DNA of 64,000 nucleotides. It comes from an uncultured Candidatus Babeliaceae bacterium. Its GTDB lineage: Bacteria > Babelota > Babeliae > Babelales > Babelaceae. The translations under genes were made by a program, and so were the position numbers. The number at the start of each line of letters is the position of its first letter. Within the stretch, counting starts at the first letter, position 1. Where the stretch lies: the NCBI GenBank assembly GCA_963704655.1, contig OY969927.1, positions 292,222 through 356,221 on the forward strand, written 5' to 3'. Below are positions 51,207 to 59,800 of this stretch, in pieces. The notes beneath the pieces were generated by a model. It was not told where the DNA came from. It saw only the letters and a program-made list of their open reading frames with translations, and ran no database searches.

Positions 51207-54200
51207 ATGAAAATAAACATACTAGTTTTCACATTAACGTTAGTAACATTTTTGCCATTTTATGCTGCCATAAACAGTTTAAAAGAAGCACGAATTGTTT
51301 CGCGGTATCTTGGTGTTATTAAACAACATGACACTATCCTTTTTTCAGACCCTTTGGTGATTCAGACGGTAAACGATCTTATTGATTTTTGTGAAAATAA
51401 TAATCAATTAAGTGAACAAGAAAAATTGGAGTTTGTAACGAAATTAGAAGAGTTTATTTTGTTGGTCCCCGCTGATAGCAGTGGGGATCAACAGATCGGA
51501 GATCAATTGGTGGGGAAAGCAAACCCGCTGTCTGTTAATGGGCAGACATTGGTTGCTTATTGGAGTCAAATTTTTAGCTCGACAGAATTTTTATTTGATA
51601 GCACAGGGAACAACACCGTAGCATTATCTGCTCCATTGGTGTTAAATGATAGTTATACTTTACAATTTCCTGTATCAGAAGGTTCTGCTTATCAAGTGCT
51701 GGGAACATTGGGTGGCAATCCCGCACAACTTGCTTGGCTTACTACTGTTACTAATACGAGTCAATTAAATTTACTGAATACCGCAACAAATTGTGATGTT
51801 GCAAATACATTAGTATTGCGTGATACAACTGGCAGCTTTGCAGCAACAACAATCACGTTAACCGGCAATAGTTTAATTAATTTCAGTACTGTTGGTGGCT
51901 GCGATATCGGACAAGGCTTTGTCTTTGCGCCAACACATCAAAATACCATTATCGGCCTAAATGCAGGAAATAATAACACCCTTACCGGCACAAGTAATGT
52001 TGCATTAGGTTATAATGCGCTAGCAGCGAACATTATTGGACATGACAATATCGCATTAGGTACCAATGCGCTTGCAAATAACACCACCAACCTATCTACT
52101 GCTGTAGGCTCAGGAACTTTACAAAGTAATGTTTCTGGTAGCCAAAATACTGCTGTTGGATATTATGCATTGAATAAAGTTGTTGCCAATGGTAACAATA
52201 CCGCAGTTGGATATTACGCCCTTTTGAATAATACTAATAACCAGCTTACCGCTGTTGGTGCTGGTGCATTACAAACGAATGTCAACGGCTCAGCAAATGT
52301 TGCAGTTGGCTATAACGCATTGAATCAAAATAACGGAGCAAACAATACGGGTCTTGGTTTTCAGGCAGCGCAGGGAACAACTGCTGCAGGTAATATTGTT
52401 GCAGTAGGTGCAAATGCTTTTGCAGCAGGCGTTGCTACTGGTGCACAAACGGTTGCAGTTGGCTCAGCTGCGATGCAGAATGCAAAACCAGCTTTGGGTG
52501 CAGATATTGCCATAGGTTATCAAGCATTGCAGAATGATAATCAAGGGCTCAATGTTGCAGTTGGTACATCGAGCATGACCACTAATAATACCGGCGCTTA
52601 TAACACTGCTGTTGGAATATCAACATTGCAAAACAATGGTAGTGGGATTCAAAATACTGCTATCGGATATTATGCACTTCAAGCAAATACAACGGGAACA
52701 TCAAACATTGCATTAGGCTACCAAGCACTTGCAAATGCAAACACCATAAATAACTTTGATAATATTGCAATTGGAGCATTTACGCTTACTGGAACTGCGG
52801 TATTGGGTGATAATATTGCGGTGGGGGTCAATGCGCTTTCTGCGCCTGGCTATAACCAAGGTCAGCAGATAGCAATTGGAACAAATGCATTACAACTTAA
52901 TACAACTGGAACGGCAAATATTGCAATCGGTTACGAAGTGCTTGATGCAAACACGGCTGGTTCATCAAACGTTGGGCTTGGGTATCAAGCTTTAGGTACT
53001 AATGTTAGTGGTAATGATAATACAGCTGTTGGAACATTAGCTCTTTTCAATAACACAACAAATCAGATCACCGCGGTTGGTTCTGGTGCACTACAAAATA
53101 ATACTACTGGTATTCAAAATACTGCAATTGGTTATAAAGCGCTTAATGCTAATACCACAGGGACATCAAATGTTGCTATCGGATATAAAGCGTTACAGAC
53201 AAATACTATTGGTGATGATAATATTGCTATAGGTTATAACGCATTAAACACCTTCAATTCTGCTATTGGAAAAAATATAGCTATTGGTTCGCTAGCATTG
53301 CAAAGTTTAAATACTACCAATGCGCAGAGTGTTGCCATTGGTTATCAGTCAGGGCTAATTTCTACAGGTGCTAGCAATACTATTGTTGGTTCAAATGCGG
53401 CGACTGGTTTAACAACAGGCGGAAGTAGTGTTGTTATTGGTGCAACTGCCGGCGCAGGCACAACAGTAAGTAATAACGTTGTTGTTGGCGCAGGCGCAGG
53501 AAACCAGACATTAACGGGTGCAACTAACGTTGTTGTAGGGCAGGGTTCCGGAACTGGATTAACTTCTGGCGCAAGTAATACCATTTTAGGACAAGCTGCC
53601 GGAACCGGTTTAACGTCAGGTGGAAGCAGTGTTGTTATAGGCGCAACTGCAGGTGCAGGTACAACAGTAAGTAATAACGTTGTTGTTGGCGCAGGCGCAG
53701 GAAACCAGACATTAACGGGTGCAACTAACGTTGTTGTAGGGCAGGGTTCCGGAACTGGATTAACTTCTGGCGCAAGTAATACCATTTTAGGACAAGCTGC
53801 CGGAACCGGTTTAACGTCAGGTGGAAGCAGTGTTGTTATAGGCGCAACTGCAGGTGCAGGTACAACAGTAAGTAATAACGTGGTTGTTGGTGCTGGTGCG
53901 GGAAACCAGACATTAACCGGCGCTAGCAATGTTATTGTTGGTCAGGGAACAGCTACGGGATTAACTTCAGGTGGAAGCAATATTATTATTGGTCAAGGAA
54001 ACACGGGCGGTACATTAACTACAGGAGCTAATAATATTATTATTAGTACCGGCAATAATGCTACGTACCCAATCGCTAATGGTTCGAATGGTATCATTAT
54101 AGGCTTTGGAACAACTTCTACAACAGCCTGTTGGATCGATGGGATTCTGCCTTTTGCCGCTGGCGCAAATACTGTACGTATAACTGCTGCTGGCAGATTG

Positions 54201-56816
54201 GGTACAGCTGCTTCGTCTGCACGTTATAAAACTAATATAAAACCGATGACAAGTGAGTCTTCAAATATATATCAGTTAAGTCCTGTTTCATTTACGTTTA
54301 TTCCAAGTATTGATCCAACACAAACAACCTACTATGGTTTAATAGCCGAAAATACTGTTGGTCTTTACCCAAGTTTAGTTGTTACAGATACAGCAGGTCT
54401 TCCTTGGGCGATTAACTATGATTTATTGTCACCGATAGTTTTAAATGAAACACTTAAGCTTAACGCCTTTGTGCCGATAACATTAAATTATACAAGTACG
54501 CAAAATACGGTTATTGGTAAAAATGCGTTGCAGGCAATTACTACTGGTTCGGGTAACACTGTTTTTGGTTATCAAGCGGGGAATTCGATCACAACAGGAT
54601 ACGGTAACACACTTCTTGGCATGGGTGCAGATGTAGCTTCTGGTAACCTGGTAAATGCGACAGCAATTGGTGCTGGTGCAAAGGCCACTAATAATAATAC
54701 TATTGTCTTAGGAAATTCAAATGTTGTTGCTGTAGTACCCGGTTCAACTAATGCTACGCTTGGTGCGCCTGGGCAGATGTGGTCATCTATTATGACAACA
54801 CAATTGACTTCTGCTGGCAGTTTAACATCGCCTACAATTACGTTAACAAGTAATCCATTAATGTATTATTATGATGGCATAACCACGTGGACTATGTTGT
54901 CAGCGCCTGGAACACAAAATACTTTCTTAGGGCAAAGTGCGGGTAATTTATCGGTGACAGGAGCACGTAATGCTGCCTTTGGTTATCAGGCTGCAAAATC
55001 AAACATAACATCAAGTGATAATGTGGCTGTTGGGGTGAATGCATTGGCAACATATAATGGTGCAGGTGGTCAACATGTTGCAATAGGATCAGGTTCTATG
55101 CAAAATGCGACTCCTACCGGACAGTCTGATATTGCAATCGGATATAATACGTTGCAAAAAGATAATGGTCAAGGATCTAATATTGCCATTGGTAACTCAG
55201 CAATGCAGAATGCTACGCCTATAAATGGTCAAGATATTGCAATTGGGTTACTTACATTACCAAGTGATACCATAGGATTTAATATCGCAATCGGTAACAG
55301 TAGTATGACTAATAATACAACTGGTGTTAATAACGTTGCTCTGGGAATTTCTTCATTACAAACTAATACTTCTGGATCGTATAACGTCGCTATCGGTAAT
55401 AGCGCATTATTTGGAAACGCTGCCAATGCTGCAAAAAATGTAAGTAATAACGTTGCTGTTGGGTATCAAAGTTTGTATAACAATCGCGCAAATAATTTAA
55501 CGGCAATTGGTTATTATGCGCTTGGCTCAAATACAACCGGTATTCAAAATACGGCACTTGGTTATTACGCACTTGGCCTGAATACAACCGGCACATCAAA
55601 TATCGCTATCGGTTATCAAGCTTTAGCAAATGCAAACACTATCAATAATTTTGATAATATCGCCATTGGTATAAATACGCTTTCTGGAGCAGGTGTCTTA
55701 GGTGATAATATCGCCATTGGTGCAAATGCGCTTTCTGCATCTGGGTATAGTCAAGGCCAGCAGATTGCTGTTGGCACAAACGCATTGCAAGTTAATACAA
55801 CAGGGACAGCAAATATAGCAATTGGTTATGGGGTGCTTGATGCAAACACGGTTGGGTCGTCGAACGTGGGGCTTGGGTACCAAGCATTAACTACTAATGT
55901 TAGCGGTAATGACAATACTGCAGTTGGAACGAATGCTTTACAGTTTACGACAACATGGCGTTTAACTGCCGTTGGTTCTGGCGCATTACAATATAATACG
56001 ACTGGTTTTCAAAATACCGCCGTTGGCTATCAGGCGCTTAATGCAAATACAACCGGCACATCGAATGTTGCTATTGGTTACCAAGCTCTTTTAACAAATA
56101 CAGGAAGCAGTAGCAATATCGCCATTGGTGCCAATACATTAACAAGATTTAGCAGTGCTTCTAATTTTGGTGGCAATAATACAGCAGTGGGTATCAATGC
56201 GTTAGTTTCACTCATTACGGGAACTGGCAATACAGTTTTGGGCTACAACGCTGGATCAAACTTAACAACTGGTAGTGGAAATATTTATGTCGGTGCATTT
56301 GTTGCCGCAGCAACAACTAACGAGAGCAACACAATACGTATTGGAAGTGTTGGCGGTGCAGGAACAGCAGCTTGCTATATTCAAGGAATTAATGGTAAAA
56401 CAGTTCTTCCTGTAGCTGGTGCGGGCACTGTTAGTGTAAGTACGACTGGACAGCTTGGTACTACCGTTTCATCACGACGTTTTAAGAAAAATATTCAAGA
56501 TATGGGTCTAATCACTGAAGATTTGTATAAATTACGTCCTGTAACATTTAATTATAAAGTTGATGAGGCTGAAGAGCATTTAGAATATGGTCTAATCGCT
56601 GAGGAAGTTGATGAGGTTTATCCAGGGATTATTATTAGGGATGATTATGGAGCGCCATTTTCGGTTCAATACCAATTTCTTCCTATGATGATGCTTAATG
56701 AATTGCAAAAAGATCGTGCACGTATTGTGGTATTAGAAGATAAAATTGTAAGATTGGAACAACAGATTAGCAAGCTTTTGAATAATAGTGAACGACTTTC
56801 AGTAAAGGATGTGTGA
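51207..56816 (+). CDS. double fibre protein (1869 aa) with an internal and a C-terminal Peptidase_S74-like domain
   Basis: Signal peptide MKINILVFTLTLVTFLPFYA. Module 1 ends ..RITAAGRLGTAASSARYKTNIKPM... A second beta-roll module follows. The C-terminus is VSSRRFKKNIQDM..GLIAEEVDEVYPG..MMLNELQKD. Confidence 0.9.
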   Translation: MKINILVFTLTLVTFLPFYAAINSLKEARIVSRYLGVIKQHDTILFSDPLVIQTVNDLIDFCENNNQLSEQEKLEFVTKLEEFILLVPADSSGDQQIGDQLVGKANPLSVNGQTLVAYWSQIFSSTEFLFDSTGNNTVALSAPLVLNDSYTLQFPVSEGSAYQVLGTLGGNPAQLAWLTTVTNTSQLNLLNTATNCDVANTLVLRDTTGSFAATTITLTGNSLINFSTVGGCDIGQGFVFAPTHQNTIIGLNAGNNNTLTGTSNVALGYNALAANIIGHDNIALGTNALANNTTNLSTAVGSGTLQSNVSGSQNTAVGYYALNKVVANGNNTAVGYYALLNNTNNQLTAVGAGALQTNVNGSANVAVGYNALNQNNGANNTGLGFQAAQGTTAAGNIVAVGANAFAAGVATGAQTVAVGSAAMQNAKPALGADIAIGYQALQNDNQGLNVAVGTSSMTTNNTGAYNTAVGISTLQNNGSGIQNTAIGYYALQANTTGTSNIALGYQALANANTINNFDNIAIGAFTLTGTAVLGDNIAVGVNALSAPGYNQGQQIAIGTNALQLNTTGTANIAIGYEVLDANTAGSSNVGLGYQALGTNVSGNDNTAVGTLALFNNTTNQITAVGSGALQNNTTGIQNTAIGYKALNANTTGTSNVAIGYKALQTNTIGDDNIAIGYNALNTFNSAIGKNIAIGSLALQSLNTTNAQSVAIGYQSGLISTGASNTIVGSNAATGLTTGGSSVVIGATAGAGTTVSNNVVVGAGAGNQTLTGATNVVVGQGSGTGLTSGASNTILGQAAGTGLTSGGSSVVIGATAGAGTTVSNNVVVGAGAGNQTLTGATNVVVGQGSGTGLTSGASNTILGQAAGTGLTSGGSSVVIGATAGAGTTVSNNVVVGAGAGNQTLTGASNVIVGQGTATGLTSGGSNIIIGQGNTGGTLTTGANNIIISTGNNATYPIANGSNGIIIGFGTTSTTACWIDGILPFAAGANTVRITAAGRLGTAASSARYKTNIKPMTSESSNIYQLSPVSFTFIPSIDPTQTTYYGLIAENTVGLYPSLVVTDTAGLPWAINYDLLSPIVLNETLKLNAFVPITLNYTSTQNTVIGKNALQAITTGSGNTVFGYQAGNSITTGYGNTLLGMGADVASGNLVNATAIGAGAKATNNNTIVLGNSNVVAVVPGSTNATLGAPGQMWSSIMTTQLTSAGSLTSPTITLTSNPLMYYYDGITTWTMLSAPGTQNTFLGQSAGNLSVTGARNAAFGYQAAKSNITSSDNVAVGVNALATYNGAGGQHVAIGSGSMQNATPTGQSDIAIGYNTLQKDNGQGSNIAIGNSAMQNATPINGQDIAIGLLTLPSDTIGFNIAIGNSSMTNNTTGVNNVALGISSLQTNTSGSYNVAIGNSALFGNAANAAKNVSNNVAVGYQSLYNNRANNLTAIGYYALGSNTTGIQNTALGYYALGLNTTGTSNIAIGYQALANANTINNFDNIAIGINTLSGAGVLGDNIAIGANALSASGYSQGQQIAVGTNALQVNTTGTANIAIGYGVLDANTVGSSNVGLGYQALTTNVSGNDNTAVGTNALQFTTTWRLTAVGSGALQYNTTGFQNTAVGYQALNANTTGTSNVAIGYQALLTNTGSSSNIAIGANTLTRFSSASNFGGNNTAVGINALVSLITGTGNTVLGYNAGSNLTTGSGNIYVGAFVAAATTNESNTIRIGSVGGAGTAACYIQGINGKTVLPVAGAGTVSVSTTGQLGTTVSSRRFKKNIQDMGLITEDLYKLRPVTFNYKVDEAEEHLEYGLIAEEVDEVYPGIIIRDDYGAPFSVQYQFLPMMMLNELQKDRARIVVLEDKIVRLEQQISKLLNNSERLSVKDV
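53367..53969 (+). repeat. three tandem in-frame copies of a 201-bp (67-aa) unit
   Basis: Copies start at 53367, 53568 and 53769. The unit is GASNTI.G...TGLT.GGSSVVIGATAGAGTTVSNNVVVGAGAGNQTLTGA.NV.VGQG..TGLTS. Copies 2 and 3 are almost identical at nucleotide level. Confidence 0.92.
54213..54470 (+). other. internal Peptidase_S74-like domain
   Basis: S-S-A-R-Y-K-T-N-I places Ser aa 1003 at 0 and Lys aa 1008 at +5. It continues ..IYQLSPVSFTF..YYGLIAENTVGLYPSLVV..INYDLLSPIVLNETLKLN. Confidence 0.7.
56469..56813 (+). other. C-terminal Peptidase_S74-like chaperone domain
   Basis: SSRRFKKNIQDMGLITEDLYKLRPVTFNY..EYGLIAEEVDEVYPGIIIRD..QYQFLPMMMLNELQKDRA plus a coiled coil. Confidence 0.8.
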
Positions 56817-59800
56817 TGAAAAGAAAGATGTTATTTTTTTATACTATATTTTTGACGTTAAGTGCCTTAACAACGCTTAACGCAGTTCAAGATAAAGTTG
56901 TTTTGGTTGATAACAATACATTATCTCAGCTAGATATGCATAGATGGTATAATGAAAATATACATCAGCTAGAATCTGTTCCTGCACAAGCGTATGTTCA
57001 TCATAAGATTTTTAAACTGACACATGATAAAGATTCTGAATACATTTTTATATACGGAAATAAAAAATTCGTGTCACGACAAGAAGCACAATTAGATGCG
57101 GGTGATTGTTGTTTAGGGCAACTGCCTGGCGCAACGCTGATCGCAGATTTTCTTGTGCATAATCAAGATCTTTTTGTCCGTAATGCGCAAAAAGTTTCAC
57201 ACCGTGCCGGTCAATTTATTTGGGATCGACTTACTCCTGGATTACCTTTATTGTTAGATTCAAATTTAGATGTTGTTACACAAAACGTTGATATAGCAAG
57301 TCAAACAAGCGGTGCTGTGGCAATAGCATTAGGTGGCACCAATTCAACTTCGCCATTACAGAACAATTGTCTTATGGAATCAGTTGGTGGACAAATAGTT
57401 GAAGCTCCGGCGTTACAAAATGGACAGATTTTTATTGGTGCAACAGGCATGTCGCCAAGTCCTGCAACTATTTCTGGAACAGCTTCTCAAATTAATATAA
57501 CAAATGGCCCTGGATCTATAACACTTTCAACACCACAAAATATCGATTTACTGTCAACGCCGACATTTGTGGGTATTCAGTTTCAACCTAGTGGTTCATC
57601 TAATTATGTTACTCTTCAGGCACCTGCAACAGTAAGTTCAACGTATTCAGTAAGCCTACCAGGCTCTGCGCCAACTGCAGGTCAAGTATTACAGGCAACA
57701 TCTACATCAACAACTCAGTGGGGGAATGTGAGTGACGCGCTTACTTTATATGTTGCTGTCAATGGAAATGATAGCACGGGAAATGGCTCATTAACAGCAC
57801 CTTTTGCAAGCTTAAAGCGGGCACTAGCCGTCGCTAATGCTATTGCATCAGAATATACACCAGTTAAAATCTCAGTGGGGCCTGGTATATTTGTGGAAGA
57901 CACTTCTTCTGGCCCATTAATAATTAATCCTGTAAGTGGTAGTGGTTATATCAACATTGTGGGAACATCAAGTCAAACAACTCTCTTTACTTCTTATACC
58001 CCAACACAAACGTTTATCTATATGCCAGCAAATGGCCGGCTTTCTGATTTGGCAATTTTTGGTATATATGAAGCGCCCGCAGTGTGCGCAGATGGCACTG
58101 GTAATAATTCTGCCTTTATTAACGCTGTTGCAGTTGGTTGCCAGCAGGGTTTTCTTTTTCAAGGTGGTATAACAACTAACTACTATTTACAAGGAGTTGC
58201 TACCGAAAGTTGCGGTGTTGGTGTGCTAGTTGATGATGCTCGCGTGTTGATGTATAACTCAAGTTTTGATGGGGCACTTGAAACAACAATTATTCCTGCA
58301 AATACGGGGGTTATTGTAACAGGTCCGGCAGGGCGTATGGTTGCAGAGTCATGCGCATTTTTATATTGCGGCCTTTGTGGATTGGTAGAAAATCAAGGGA
58401 ACGCTACATTTATAGGCGGCTCGTTTATTAGTTCAACAAGTGGTGTTCAGGCAGCAAGTCAGTCAACGTGTATTGTTAATGGTTCAACATTTTATAGTAA
58501 TACCGCAACGAATATGATCGCTCGAGATTTGGGGACAACTTTGCAGTCAACTGCATGTAATGTTGATGGTAATAGTTTAAATAATCTTCCGCAAGGAACG
58601 GGTCTTTTGGTTACCACCAGTGCTCAGGCTAATATTGCAGTTGCGTCGTTAACTAATTTAATAAATGGTATTATCATTGGTCAAGATGGTGATGATAGCA
58701 CAACGCAGGTTCTTTCAGTTGGAGTAACTATCGATAATTGTGCAGGATCACAAATTATTCAAAATGGGCTTGCGCAATTAACGTATGTTGATGGTGCTCT
58801 TAATAGGAACTTTATAACTATTTCAAATCCTACAAATGTTACCTTTAATACCACGGATGCTTCAAGCGGGCAGGCAACGATTATTGGTCAGCATAGTGAT
58901 GTTGATCAAGATTTGATTCTTGTTGATACTGGGGTTGCGCAGATGCCAGGGTTAGTTTATCAATCAAATTATATGGATTGTAAGGGTATAATTTATCAAA
59001 ATACTAATCCTGCTTTTTCAACCATGCTTGGGGTGCAGGGACAAAACTCTGGCGCAACACTTTCTGCAGTTACTGCTTCAAATGCACAACCTGCAAAAGT
59101 CATGTTATTTTCAAACTCCGGTGCTTTTGGCGGAATGAGTAATATGCGCGGTTGGTTGTTGAATAAAAACGCAACAAACGCTCAATTGGCAGGTGAATTT
59201 TATAATAATGATCTTGATGGTAAACCTGCTATAGATCAATATACAAGTTTTCAATTTGACGGTTTTAATAATATTTTGCAATTCCCGGCAGTAACCACAA
59301 CAAATTTACCAACCAATACCGTGGCACAATTACAATGGGCGGGAGATACGAATCTTTACCGTGCACAAGCAGGTGTGTTACAGACAGATAATAACTTTGC
59401 CATTCAAGGTCTTGCCACCGCAAATAGTGCATTATATGTAGATGGTAATAAGCAGGTTGCTGCAAGTGTTACCTCTTCAAGTGATTTAGCACAACTTGCA
59501 GGAATAACCGGTGGTCCTATTCAGCCGCAACTTAATAATAAAGTTTCAAAGGCTGGCGATGTTATGACCGGCGTGTTAACTATTCCAGATGGCACCGTTG
59601 CAAGACCGGCACTTAGTTTTAATGGTTTTCCTAATACTGGATTAGCGATTATAGGTAACGTTTTTACCTTAATGACTTCAGGCAGTTCACGCTTAACAGT
59701 AGATGCTAACGGTGTTGTGGGTATTAATAGCTCGAATGTTTCAACGGTGTTGAACGTAGGCGGTGATGTATCTGTAGTGGGTGATCTTACGGTGACTAAC

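Noticed and set aside
53345-53929. 194-aa antisense ORF, plus the many 60-120-aa ORFs listed inside the fibre genes on either strand (for example 34712-34915, 35879-36082, 30794-31102 and 31656-32009)
   Set aside because: They lie wholly inside much longer ORFs with strong protein-level signal. They repeat only because the underlying coding repeats do, and their translations are low-complexity. The biased codon content of the N/T/A/G/V repeats removes stops from other frames.
53367-53969. CRISPR array or non-coding tandem repeat
   Set aside because: The period is 201 bp with no spacer/repeat alternation. The array is in frame within a long ORF and encodes sensible beta-roll sequence.
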